Assembly (NCBI GenBank): GCA_964016885.1
Contig: OZ024743.1
Span: 237,460,001-237,524,000, forward strand
DNA from: Eledone cirrhosa
Taxonomy: Eukaryota
DNA: 64,000 nucleotides
Reading direction: 5' to 3'
How positions within the stretch are numbered: position 1 is the first letter of the stretch; each line of letters starts with the position of its first letter. A program made the translations under genes and the position numbers. Of the stretch, positions 51,017 through 63,419 are shown piece by piece. The notes beneath the pieces are model-generated. The model ran no database searches, was not told where the DNA came from, and worked only from the letters and a program-made list of their open reading frames with translations.

Positions 51017-51398
51017 TTCTTTTTTTCAAATACCACTTTGGAAGAAGAATCAGGATGGAGAGAGAGGTGCTGTACCCCAGCAAGTTTTATGAAAGGTGGG
51101 TGAAAGTGGCGAGAATGGCCCGAGTGAATGGGCCTTCTCTCTATATCAGCCTGTAGGTTGAGGAAAAGGAGGAGGAGAGGAAAGGAGTACAAGCTCTTCG
51201 TACTCCTGGAGATGAGGGTTGCACATTTTTTTTCGGGGGTATGTGTTACCCATATAAACTGTCTCCCTCTATTGGGGAAAATCGACTAACTTTTAAATTC
51301 CATCTGTGATAACATTTTACACGTTTTTATTGTATGTAAACTTCCCCCTTTGTATTTGTCCCCTTCTTTTGTGCCCCTGTGGCTAATAAAGAAATATA
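51017..51398 (+). mobile_element. Second copy of the Tx1/L1-like 3' end inside (TCTA)n
   Basis: Homologous to 18021-18464 (GGCGAGAATGGCCCGAGTGAATGG; AATAAAGAAATATATCTATC). Confidence 0.6.
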
Positions 51399-51660
51399 TC
51401 TATCTATCTATCTATCCTTATAGAGAGATAGATATCTGAAGACTGTAAGTATGAGAAACATTGATGACTGTATTGTGCTATATATTAGATGTAATAATAA
51501 ATATATGTGATGTCACTACTGTCGTTAGTTCAGGCAAGATTTATAGAAAAAAGACAAACATTTACACTTTTCCCTCATCAATATTATATAAATGAAAACA
51601 AAAAGAGAAAATACTATTGATTTTTACACTTAATCATCATCATCATATATATATATAAAT

Positions 51661-51695
<35 letters not shown>

Positions 51696-51723
51696 GGTAT
51701 TTATATATATATATTTATATATG

Positions 51724-51792
<69 letters not shown>

Positions 51793-51935
51793 ATATATAT
51801 ATATACACACATATGTGTATATATGTATGTATATATGTGTGTGTATAGAGAGAAAGAAAGACATATGTATGTATATATCTAGTTCTCTGTCTCAAAATAT
51901 GTAAACATCAAACATTAAATGATAATAAGAATGAT

Positions 51936-52018
<83 letters not shown>

Positions 52019-52271
52019 AGATTGCACTTTGATATATTGCTGGTAATATACACCATATTTCTGTTGTAAATAACAGTTTCTAATTGGTATTACCAATTCC
52101 ACTGGTGTCACCTGGACAATTCAATCAAAACTACCTCTACCCTCACCTGAACAATTCTTTCAACTCGTCATACCTTCTGCTTTTTTCTTCACTTCATTCT
52201 TTCTCTTCACCTCTTTTTATATTAGCTGCCCTAAAATGGCCCCAAAAAACCCTGTACATACCAATCATTAT

Positions 52272-52314
<43 letters not shown>

Positions 52315-52651
52315 TGTGTATATATATAGATTTATGTATATACATACATATATATGTGCATATATATATTGACGTATATGTGTGTATATATATACATTAT
52401 ATCTATTATAATATATATTATATGCTATATATATATAATTAAAAAAATGAGGCTTGTTTGCATAATTGCAAACAAATCGAATATTATTATTAATATTCGA
52501 AAAACTCAAATTACATTTATTATATATATATGTATGTATATATTTATGTATATGTGTATATAAATATATTATATGCATTATACATATACATATATATACA
52601 TCGATATATTTCATAAAAATTTCTTTCCAACAGCTCCAATCAATATATATA

Positions 52652-53232
52652 TCATGTGTCACATAACAACAACCAAATGTTCCAAAATAAAATGGGTAAG
52701 ACATACAATAATGTTGCAAGGGAGAAGACAGAGTGACCTTGAGATGTGACATGATGACTTGTAAAAGACTGTACGGCAGCGCTACTCTCTTGCTGGCTTC
52801 GCATTTGTGTAGCTGACCTTTTGTCATGTTCACACCGGATCCCTCCAAATTCACTTGGACAAAAACATTTAAAACTTGGTCGCCGTTGGTGGTAACGACA
52901 TATACCTCCATTCATACATGGTTTCTGTATACAGTAGTCTTTGTATTGGCACTCTGAACCAGTTAATCCAAGAGGACATATACATTCCTCACGACCTTCA
53001 CGGGCGTATGATAAACATGAGCCTCCGTGCATGCAGCGAAGTCGCTTACATTTATTGATGACAATTTCACACCTGGGTCCAGTAAACCCTTCAGGACACC
53101 TACAGCGGCTTGGGCTCATGCACGTGCCACCATTTTTGCAGGGACAAGGTAAATGTAGTTCACAGTTTTTTCCTCCATAGTCACTGCGACAGTCACAGGC
53201 ATAATCATTGATCAGATCTACACAGGTGGCCC
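52652..53232 (-). CDS. Delta: Delta-like Notch ligand terminal coding exon: EGF6 end, EGF7-9, stalk, hydrophobic C-terminus, stop
   Basis: tttcag acceptor; 581 nt open frame GATCVDLINDYACDC...CEHDKRS...VFSLATLLYVLPILFWNIWLLLCDT-TGA (52654-52652). The seven exons sum to 1470 nt in one frame. Confidence 0.9.
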
Positions 53233-54260
53233 CTGAAATTAAGAGGAGAGAACAACATATGAAAATAGCTGTGGAATTGAGATGGGTTTAGAGAACAACT
53301 GAAGGATTTCAGATAAATGTTTTATAAAATAAATAAGAAAATTATAATAAGCATGATTCTACACACAACAATGCTTTGGGATCAGTGGCTTAGGATGATC
53401 CCAGCCTTGTTGAGCAAGAGGAAGAAGAAGAGGACAACTTTACTCAGGAGGTTTAACAAGAAGATCCCTTTGTAATAATCTCTCTTGTCTCCCTTTTTTT
53501 TAAATTGGAATTATCACTTTCGATTGCCAATGCTCAAGTGCCTTTCTAGAGATCCAGGCCACCTAGCACACACTAGTCAGCCAGAGAATACCTTCTCTAT
53601 TTAAGGCTTTTAACATCTCGGGTTGGTTTTTATCTTCTCCAGAGGCCTTACTGCATTTGAGCTCTTTAACTGCTCCTGTGACCTCAGCCTCAGAAAGATT
53701 AGTTATTGCTCCCAAATGCACCTTGTGTACTTCTTCAAGTTGTTCATTAAGGAATTATCTCAAATAGTTCACACATCACGGATAATTCCATTTCTAATAA
53801 ACTACATTCTATTTCAATTAATTATTCCATTATGTATGGAGCCCTAACTTTTGAGGGAGTTGTAGGGGTTCCATATTAATATACAGTTGTTCTAGGGTAC
53901 TTTAAACCTGGTGGGGCCCAACACCTCTCTAGGTCTGAATAAAGTAGATTTCTTCCAGAGAAGGATAAAGAGTGAGGGAAAGGAAGTGAGAGATATAGAG
54001 GAAGAATCTACCCCAGTACTGACCTTACACTTAACATATGATTCTTACATTTAAATAGGGATCCTGTAAAATGAGTGGGTTTTTATAGAACCAGAGCCAG
54101 TTTTGGCCAGATTGGTAACAAAAGGGTTAAACTGAATGCTTTTAAAGGATGTTTGAGTGATATCATAAACATAACATCCAGATTATCATTAATGCCCCAA
54201 AACTAGAGGTTGTCCCTTCTCAATAAACCGTAGATTACAATAAAAAGTACAAATACATAC

Positions 54261-54474
54261 CATTTTGACATGGTAATGATAGACATTCGTTGATTTCTTT
54301 TTCACAAAGATCACCAGTAAAACCTTTAGGACATGCACACCAGCCACCCAGTTCTCCAGTAACACAAGTGCCATGATTCTCACAGACGATTTTCTCACAG
54401 GATTTCACACGGTTTTCACAGCGGTCTCCATAGAAACCTTCAGGACAATGACATCTGTAGCCTGTATGTATTTC
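54261..54474 (-). CDS. Delta: Delta-like Notch ligand exon, EGF4 end, EGF5, EGF6 start
   Basis: tctcag acceptor, gtatgt donor; 214 nt; EIHTGYRCHCPEGFYGDRC...CEKEINECLSLPCQN. Confidence 0.95.
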
Positions 54475-55462
54475 CTGAGAAGATAAACAAAATGACATGA
54501 AAATTACAGCTCCCACTTTAGTTGGCTCCTTATGAAGGTCTCATGGGAGGTTTGTTGGGTGTGGTAGGGTCTATCATGAAAAGCAGTGTGAAATAAAACA
54601 TCTTACTCAAGAACACAACATACCACTTGGTTGTGAATGGCAGTACAACACCCTAACCCTGGGCCACTTTTCCTCAGATCAATAACTAGCAATATTTACT
54701 ATGTATATAGAAACATGCTACACACATACACTATAACACATACACACTATAACACATACACACTATAACACATACACACTATCACACATACACTCTAACA
54801 CATACACACACACACTATCACACACACACACACACACTCTCACATACACTATCACATACATACACACACATCAATACACACACACACTATCAAATACACA
54901 CACACACTATCACATACATACACACCCTATCACACACACATATACATACACTATCACACACACACACACACTATCTCACACACATACACTATCACACACA
55001 CACATACACACACACATACACTATCACACACACACATACACTATCACACACACACACAGCGTTTATTTCGAGTTTCAAGTAATGAGAAGAGGAATTCAAT
55101 TTAAATAAACTATATATTCTACATAATGTATTGAGTACTTTCTTGCTCGTTTATTGACAAACAGCAGTTCTTGAATTACACACACACTTCTGTATGTTAT
55201 TTTATTGAAGTAAATATTAAGTTTAGTAAATCTCTTCAAATTCTCTGTTAATCAACTCTGAACGTCCTGTACCAAATGAACCACATTAGCAAGACATTCT
55301 GTACCAAACATTGCTATGACAGTCTCGCATTAACCCTTTAACATTTACATTACTCTATATTTACTATTATATTTTTAGGGTATGGCATTGATATATGATG
55401 AAGAAAAGGTTAGAGAGAGAAAGGGCGAGAGACTAGAGAAGGAGGGGGAGAAGGAGAGAAAG

Positions 55463-55502
<40 letters not shown>

Positions 55503-55526
55503 CAAATAGTAACAAAATTCACTTAC

Positions 55527-55693
55527 AACACATTTGCCATCATTTAGACAAGGGTTTATCCGCGGACATCTTTTGTACTGACAATTTGTTCCTTTAAATG
55601 CTGGAGGGCAGGAACATGTATAATTAAAGGACGGATCAAAGTGACAACTTCCGCCATTTTGACAAGGTTTATATTTGCTGCAGTATTTTTGAT
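55527..55693 (-). CDS. Delta: Delta-like Notch ligand exon, EGF3 and start of EGF4
   Basis: tttttag acceptor, gtaagt donor; 167 nt; DQKYCSKYKPCQNGGSCHFDPSFNYTCSCPPAFKGTNCQYKRCPRINPCLNDGKCV. Confidence 0.95.
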
Positions 55694-55812
55694 CTAAAAA
55701 ACAAATAAATTGAGAATTAAACATAAAATATCTAGGTTTTGTTAATCTTTTACTATTTTCAGGCATTAGACTGCGACCATGCTGGGACAAGTTTAACACA
55801 TTATCATATACA

Positions 55813-56290
55813 CTAGCAGAAAAACCACCCTTCGGGTGGTTTTCTGCTAGCATGTGTAGTGTGCATATTGATATTATACGCAGGTATATATACATGTAGA
55901 TATGATACATCAAATAAAATCGTAATTGACAATATACACAGAAATTGAATGAAGACTGCGTTACACTGTCTTATGTAATCAGTAACGTAATCCATGATAC
56001 ATAAAAAAAAAACGATATTATATATAAACTGTATTAGGAGAAAATTAGTGACGGAAATATATGAATGTTTATTTAAGCGATCGTTAACCGGAAATGTTGA
56101 CATTTGAAAATTTTAAAGAAGTGAATCTTAAAATAAGCAACAAAATTATTTATATTTAATCAACAGCCACGAAATTTAGTAGATAAATTATGTAATATTC
56201 ATTCATTATTTATTCAAAGTAATCCAACTTATACAAATGGGATAAAAAAATATATTCTGGACGCAGTCCCGCACTTCTTACTTTATTATA
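55813..56290 (-). mobile_element. Helitron-like element related to 5562-6464, in a Delta intron
   Basis: Same palindromic end CTAGCAGAAAA(A)CCACCC-TTC-GGGTGGTTTTCTGCTAG and shared internal sequence (TAGTGACGGAAATATA). Confidence 0.5.
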
Positions 56291-56552
56291 GTTTACATTA
56301 CTGTATATTTACTATTTTCAGGCATCAGACTGTGACCATGCTGGGATCATTTCAACTCTTTGGCATTTATTTTACTCTATATTTACTATTATATTTTCAT
56401 GGTAAAAGCTTTACCTCACATAATTATCTCACATAATATCGAATCTATGAAATTTTGATATTTATTTTGAGAACATTACCTTAACATAAGTATGAGCAGC
56501 CAGTCTGAATAGAAAAAGGTGAGAGAATTCTGGCCGGATATGACCGGTTTAA

Positions 56553-56773
56553 CCCTTTAGCATTTATTTTACTCTATATTTACTATTATATTTTCAAGGT
56601 TAAGGCTTTACCTCCCATAATTATCTCACATAATATCGAAGCTATGAGATTTTGATGATATTTATTTTGAGAACAATACCTTAACATTGGTATGAGTGGT
56701 CAGTTAGAGCCAGTCTGAACAGAAAAAGGTGAGAGAATTCTGGCCGGATATGACTGGTTTAAATGCTAAAGGG
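56553..56773. mobile_element. piggyBac-type MITE within a cluster of partial copies (about 56350-56945)
   Basis: TTAA|CCCTTTAGCATTTA...TAAATGCTAAAGGG|TTAA. Confidence 0.75.
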
Positions 56774-57009
56774 TTAAAACCTTTATCTCACATAATCTCA
56801 AATCTACAAATCTAGAAGATTTTAATGACGTTATTGTTTACTTTAAAAATGATAACTTAACATTGGTGTGAGCTGCCAGTTACAGCTGGTCTGAAAAAGA
56901 GGAGAGAATTCTGGCCAGATACATCCTGTTTAAATGCAAAAGGGTTAAAGGGATCCTAAAGATGTCAAGAAGGCTGAGGGTGTCTTAGCATCACTCAGCT
57001 TTTGTCAGC

Positions 57010-57700
57010 CGCTCTCCAGCTATCTATTTAAAGCTATATATAGCTATGGTGTGGCCACACTTAAAATTTGCATCACCAGTCTGGAACCCCTATCTTGCTC
57101 AGAACATTGACCTCCTGGAAACTGTTCAACCAAGCAAATACCCTCCACCAGGTATCTACCATACTCTGAACGCCTTGCTTCCCTGGGCATGGATACATTG
57201 AAGCTCCGACGTCAGGTAACTGACTTGGTAAAGACTCACAAAATTACTAACCATCTTGCCAACAACAACCCTGAGTACTTTTTTGATTTCCATGTGTCTA
57301 ACACACGTGGGCATGCCTACAAAGTCAGAAAACAGCACAGCTCCCATGACTTTCGGAAACATTTTTTCACGCTCAGAGTTGCTGAAGCATGGAACAAACT
57401 GCCTGCATCAGTTGTTAGTTGTCGAGACACTGCATCCATTAAAACCTCCATGGAACAAACTCTGTGCATCAGTTGTTAGTTGTCGAGACACTGCATCCTT
57501 TAAAACCTCCATGCTTCCTGAAATTCACCAACACTACACCTGATATCCCTCCTCCATACACATGCACACATGTGATAACTCATACACTATTCACTTCCCT
57601 GACATTTGTATATTATTCTATGTACTATACATGCACCTTTGATGAGTTGTAGTGCACCTGAGCACTGTTCACAATAATTTCATTATTATTATTATTATAT
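57010..57700 (+). mobile_element. CR1-like LINE 3' end, copy 3, in a Delta intron
   Basis: YIAMVWPHLKFASPVWNP..., ORF 57189-57479; 61-bp unit duplicated; (tat)n tail. Confidence 0.8.
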
Positions 57701-57921
57701 CAACAACAGTACTTAATTTTTTCATGTCTGGTAGTAATTTTATCAGTCCCTTTTTGTCAAAGTGTTAAGTTTCAGGACAAAAACACAAACATACACACAC
57801 ACACAAACACATTGAAGGGGATCATTAACTACCATTAAATAAGGTACTCAATACGATGGTAGAGAAAAAGCATATTTATTATATAGAAATGACTTCTACA
57901 GGATTAGAACTGTTTCATTCG

Positions 57922-57976
57922 GAAGAAGAAGAAGAAGAAGAAGAAGAAGAAGAAGAAGAAGAAGAAGAAGAAGAAG

Positions 57977-58006
<30 letters not shown>
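57922..58006. repeat. Pure (GAA)n of about 28 units in a Delta intron
   Basis: Direct inspection; 66 nt from the donor at 58072. Confidence 0.98.
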
Positions 58007-58008
<2 letters not shown>

Positions 58009-58072
58009 TATCTATCCTGGCTTGGAATCAAAATACTATTGTGTTTTACATAAAATAAATTGCTAAACTCAC

Positions 58073-58203
58073 CAATATTACATAGGAAACCAGTCCAGCC
58101 AGCCTCACAGATGCACTGCCATGGCTCATAACAAATTCCATGTAAACAATTCGGATCTTTCTTGCACTTGGTACAAAATTCACCTTCCCAACCGATTTGA
58201 CAG
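58073..58203 (-). CDS. Delta: Delta-like Notch ligand exon, end of EGF1 and EGF2
   Basis: tttcag acceptor, gtgagt donor; 131 nt; SCQIGWEGEFCTKCKKDPNCLHGICYEPWQCICEAGWTGFLCNI. Confidence 0.95.
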
Positions 58204-58861
58204 CTGAAACACAGAATCAAGTAGATTGATAAAGATGATGGGAATAGAACCAGTGATGAATGTTATAAAGAGAAATAGAGTGGGATGGTTGGGTCATGTG
58301 TTGAGGAAGGATGACTGAGAGATGTAAATAGAACCAGAGAAATAGAGTGGGATGGTTAGGTCATGTGTTGAGCAGGAAAAATTACCTTAAAACATTTGTT
58401 GTCTTTTGTTGTCATAAGCAAACAAAATATTTAGAAAAATATGAAATAGATTTATGAAGTATGAAGGTGTGGGTTTGAATCCCACATGTGTTAATGTCAG
58501 TTTCTCCCATTAAGGGAGCTTCTCTGTCTTATGAAATTGTGGGTTTGAACCCCCACATGTGTTAATGTCAGTTTCTTCCATTAAGTCTATGTCTTATTAT
58601 TTAAACTATTTTTCTAGAGTAAAAAAAATTGATGAAGTCTTAACTTTCTCATAAATTAATTTACTTGTTACTTAGACAATTATAAGTTTGTGACTCACTG
58701 GCTCACTAGTTTTTTGAAATATAAGACAGATGAGTAGGTGATGTTATATAGATTAAACAGTAACATTGAAATGGTAATGACAGTACTTTAATGACTGTAA
58801 TAAGACGGTAATAATGACAGTGCTAATGAGAAATTCACCATTTAACCCAGAAGAACATTAC

Positions 58862-58922
58862 CTGCATTCCTTTGGTTTCTTGCAAAATCCATAAGAATTG
58901 TGACATTTCTCAGGACAGATTG
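58862..58922 (-). CDS. Delta: Delta-like Notch ligand exon, EGF1 (DOS region) N-part
   Basis: ttgcag acceptor, gtaatg donor; 61 nt; AICPEKCHNSYGFCKKPKEC; phase 1 in, phase 2 out. Confidence 0.92.
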
Positions 58923-58980
58923 CTGCAATAGGAAACAAATACAATCAGTTAGATACAATTTTCTTGTAAATAAGATTTAA

Positions 58981-59310
58981 CCCTTTAATATTCACATTAC
59001 TCTATGTATGTTCACAATAAAGGTTTTACCTCAAATAACATTTACATTATTCTATATATACTGTTGTATTTTCACAGTAAAGGCTTTACCTCACATAATA
59101 TCTCACATAACATTTACATTACTCTATATATACTAATGTATCTTCAGAGTAAAGTCTTTACCTCACATAATATCGAATCTATGAGATTTTGTTATTATTT
59201 ATTTTGAGATCCATATCTTAACATAAGTATGAGTGGTTGGTTATGGCCAGTTTGAACAGAAAGAAATGAGAGAATTCTGGCTGGATACAGCTGGTATAAA
59301 TGCTAAAGAG
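58981..59310. mobile_element. piggyBac-type MITE with internal repeats
   Basis: TTAA|CCCTTTAATATT...AAATGCTAAAGAG|TTAA. Confidence 0.7.
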
Positions 59311-59464
59311 TTAAAGTCCATTTACCCAACTAAAGAAGGGATTAGACATGTGGGCCCCATGATAAACTTCATACTCATCATGTGGTTCATCATTAGGCAA
59401 TGTTTTACAGCCAGATACTTTTATATATATTCTACAATATTTTTTACATATATATATGTATATA

Positions 59465-60343
59465 CAAGGTGGCCCAAAAGTCACACAGGGGTTGCAACTG
59501 TTTATAATTTTTTTTCTTTCTTTTCAGGAATTATATGAACTAGGCCTGGGAAATTAATTATGGAAAAATACAGCAACGCACCCAAGTTGTGAAATTCTTC
59601 TACCAAAATCAGGGGTCGATAAATCAGACCCAGAGAGCATATTGGTGACACTATCGAGTGAGAGATGCTCCTAGTGACAGTGCAATTAGGAAATTGGTTA
59701 ATCATTTCGAAGAGCAAGGAGCAGTAAGTGATCAGCCACGCTCTGGGAGGCCTTGCACTGTCAGAACTGATGAGACAAGGGAACAAGTTCGAGAGAGTGT
59801 CGAGGAAAATCCAGGCACATCAACTTGAAGGCAGTCAAGATAGCTCGGGATTTCACAAACTTCTCTGCAAAGGGTTCTCAGAAGAGAGACAATGCAGTTG
59901 CTATGGCAGTGCTTTGGAGAGAGAATAATCTCCCGTTACGGCAATGTCAACTAGCCATCGTGTTCCCCAGACTTGACTAACCCTGACTTCTTCTTGTGGA
60001 GTACCCGAAGGAGAGGTTTTATGTCAACAAACCATAGACCCTGGAGCAACTGAAGAAGAACATCAATAGAGACATCAGGGAACCTGAAACCCTTGCAGCT
60101 GTTAAGGAGCACGTTATAGAAAGAGCACAGTTGTGCAAAGCCGAAAATGATCGCCATTTGAAAGATGTAATTTTTCATAAGTAATGTAGAGGTGTGACAA
60201 CGTGACAAGATGTGACAAGGATTGACGAGTGTAAAATAATTTCCATTATGTCCTTTAAGTTGTATCAAAATTTCATACATCAATTTGTACAATTCAGGAA
60301 GTTAATAAAAACTAAAACCCCTGTGTGACTTTTGGGCCACCCT
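59465..60343 (+). mobile_element. Internally deleted Tc1/mariner DNA transposon in a Delta intron
   Basis: 29-bp TIRs CAAGGTGGCCCAAAAGTCACACAGGGGTT / AACCCCTGTGTGACTTTTGGGCCACCCTG, TA on both sides; decayed PSCSPDLTNPDFFLW and YVNKP.TLEQLKKNI transposase motifs near 59955-60065. Confidence 0.9.
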
Positions 60344-60550
60344 GTATATGTAAAAAATATTAGTTTGTTTCTCAATTGATATATCATCCTATATCGTTTA
60401 CAAATATATTATATATGTATTATATAATATATATAATCATCATCGTTTAACGTCCATTTTCTATGCTATACATACATTATATATATATATTGTTTCTGTT
60501 ATTTTACTTCTATTTACTAAAACATATTCTAATAGTAATGAAGAACTCAC

Positions 60551-60805
60551 CTTGGTCACAATAGTCTCCCTTCCAGCCTTCCATACATTTTCTGGTACCA
60601 TTTTCCGTGCAGTAATAATGACCAAATTCATCGTTTCTGGCTCGACAAAAATGATCACATGCTTTACCAAAGTAGTTTTTGTTACAAACCACCCGATAAT
60701 CAAAACTCATCATCGTAATGTTGGAGCGGCGTACTTTCTTGACCCATTTACGAGATGACTGTACGATGTTGGTATCAACAACACGTTGAATCATATAACG
60801 AGGAT
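60551..60805 (-). CDS. Delta: Delta-like Notch ligand exon, DSL domain
   Basis: tgtag acceptor, gtgagt donor; 255 nt; DPRYMIQR...FDYRVVCNKNYFGKACDHFCRARNDEFGHYYCTENGTRKCMEGWKGDYCDQ is a canonical DSL domain. Confidence 0.97.
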
Positions 60806-61158
60806 CTACAATACATAGAAAATGAGAGTTGATCAAAGACAATCTGGGAGAACTACTAAATTATCAATTATTTAACAAAACTTCTTAACCAATAACTCCT
60901 GGTGGAATTGTAGGGGCACTCTAGTGACATTCATGGACTTCTTTATTTAAACCTGGCTAAGTCCACCTCTTTTCCAGGTCTAAACACTGCTGATTTATTC
61001 CCGAGAAAGATAGAGAGTGATAGAGTAGAAGTGAGAAAGAGATGCAGAAGAAGAATCAATCCCAGTACTCGACTTATAAACTAATACTAACTTTCAAAAT
61101 CTAGCTAGAAAACCTTATCAGTAAACTTGCCTGACTCTATACAGCAGCAAGTGTTTAA

Positions 61159-61373
61159 CCCTTTAGCACTACTTTATATATACTATTGTATTTTTTTTGA
61201 AAAAGACTTTATCTTACAAAATATCTCACTTAATATTGAATCTATGAGATTTTGATGTTATAAATTTTGAGAACAATACCTTAACATGAGTATGAGTGGC
61301 CAGTTATGACCAGTTTGAACAGAAAGAGGTGAGAGAATTCTGGCCGGATACGGCTGGTTTAAATGCTAAAGGG
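61159..61373. mobile_element. piggyBac-type MITE
   Basis: TTAA|CCCTTTAGCA...TGCTAAAGGG|TTAA. Confidence 0.75.
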
Positions 61374-61952
61374 TTAAAGTTAATTTATTCCCCTAAAACA
61401 TGAGGGCCCCATGATAAACTTCATACTCATGATGAGGTCCATCTTTAGGTAATGTTTTACAGCCAGATGCTTTTCTTGGCATCAACCATTTTAATCCCCT
61501 CATACAACATGCAGGGATACAGTGTATTTATTTAGCTCCCCTGCAAAACGTATGAGATTTCTTGTAATGTTCTTTTTTGGTCATGTATAAGTTTTTAATG
61601 TCTAAAGTAAATTAATTATAGCAAGAATGCTTCCACTTAAAATAAAATTTGTCTGGAAATAGACTAGCAAAATTTAATAAGCGGGGGGTAGATAAGAAGG
61701 GGGTGGGGTCTGAAAAATGAATACACGGTGGGGTGGGGTGAGGGGGTTATTCAAATGACCATACTTAACTCTTTTGATACTTATCCAAAACCATCTCTGA
61801 GTGTGTTTTCATAATAAGAGCCTCTGTCCTATTTTGAAAAACTCTGCTCTTGACTGGACGCCTCTCTCTTGCAAGAGTTAATCCCTAGTTGTTGCTGCTG
61901 CAACACTTTTTGTCAGCAGAGTGGACAGGAAGAATGTAAAGTCCTGTCTTGG

Positions 61953-62205
61953 TCATGACATACCACATGGTCCAGGTATTAAACCAACAACCCATGATCA
62001 TGACATACCACATGGTCCAGGTATTAAACCAACGACCCATGAACATGACATACCACATGGTCCAGACATTAAACCAACAACCCATGAACATGACATACCA
62101 CATGGTCCAGACATTAAACCAACAACCCATGACACACCACATGGTCCAGACATTAAACCAACAAACCATGAACATGACATACCACATGGTCCAGGCATTA
62201 AATCA
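61953..62205. repeat. 45-bp minisatellite, about 6 copies
   Basis: CATGACATACCACATGGTCCAG..ATTAAACCAACAACCCATGAA. Confidence 0.93.
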
Positions 62206-62435
62206 ATAACCTTAAAATCATAAGTCACACCCCCTCTGGGCCATAAAGTTAATGAAACAGTAATGAAATATAGAGTGAATTCACTGCTGACACCATATAC
62301 CATATTTGGTGGTGTATAAGACCCCCCCCCCCACACCTACATCACCAGATGGCTAAAAACATATCACCTGGGTTTTATATATGAAGTTGAATTGTCGATA
62401 ATATTGAATACTTAGATATAAATGGAGCAGGGCTG

Positions 62436-63190
62436 TTATATATCTGGAGGTCTTATGTATCTGGAGGTCTTATGTATCTGGAGGTCTTATATATCTGGAG
62501 GTCTTATATATCTGGAGGTCTTATATATCTGGAGGTCTTATATATCTGGAGGTCTTATATGTCTGGAGGTCTTATATGTCTGGTGGTCTTATATGTCTGG
62601 AGGTCTTATATGTCTGGAGGTCTTATATATGTGGAGTCTTATATGTCTGGAGATCTTATATGTCTGGAGGTGTTATATGTTTGGAGGTATTATATGTCTG
62701 GAGGTCTTATATATCTGGAGGTCTTATATGTCTGGAGGTCTTATATGTCTGGAGATCTTATATATCTGGAGTCTTATATATTTGGAGGTCTTATATGTCT
62801 GGTGGTCTTATATGTCTGGAGGTCTTATATGTCTGGAGGTCTTATATATGTGGAGTCTTATATGTCTGGAGATCTTATATGTCTGGAGGTGTTATATGTT
62901 TGGAGGTATTATATGTCTGGAGGTCTTATATATCTGGAGGTCTTATATGTCTGGAGGTCTTATATGTCTGGAGATCTTATATATCTGGAGTCTTATATAT
63001 TTGGAGGTCTTATATGTCTGGAGGTCTTATATATCGGGAGGTCTTATGTATCTGGAGGTCTTATATATCTGGAGGTCTTATATATCTGGAGCTCTTATAT
63101 ATCTGGAGGTCTTATATATCTGGAGTCTTATGTCTGTGGTTGTTATATGTCTGGAGCTCTTACATATCTGGAGTCTTATATATTTTGGGA
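62436..63190. repeat. 17-bp minisatellite
   Basis: GGAGGTCTTATATATCT. Confidence 0.96.
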
Positions 63191-63326
63191 TCCTATATTT
63201 CTAGGGCTCATATACTCGGGATTGTTATACGCCATCAAATACAGTAAGTAGATCTCACTTTTAACTCACAAATACTTTACCAGATTCCTTTTATACAATG
63301 ATACAAAGAACTAGATATTTACTTAC

Positions 63327-63387
63327 CTCGCGATGTACGATTCTTCTGTTTGTCATGCCAGGCTTCAACAGTCAATGTGAATGATTG
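63327..63387 (-). CDS. Delta: Delta-like Notch ligand, first coding exon in window (C-terminal part of MNNL/C2 domain)
   Basis: ttttcttcttcag acceptor, gtaagt donor; 61 nt encoding QSFTLTVEAWHDKQKNRTSR+G, matching the F-S/T-L-x-x-E-A-W-H motif of DSL ligands; ends in phase 1, in frame with the next exon. Upstream exons lie beyond 64000. Confidence 0.85.
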
Positions 63388-63419
63388 CTGAAGAAGAAAA
63401 GTAACACCATATTATATAT

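Noticed and set aside
52730-52742. Possible internal donor (CAAG|GTCACT) in the last Delta exon leading to a tail exon
   Set aside because: Weak donor and no downstream TM/cytoplasmic exon recognised in the window; cannot be fully excluded without RNA data.
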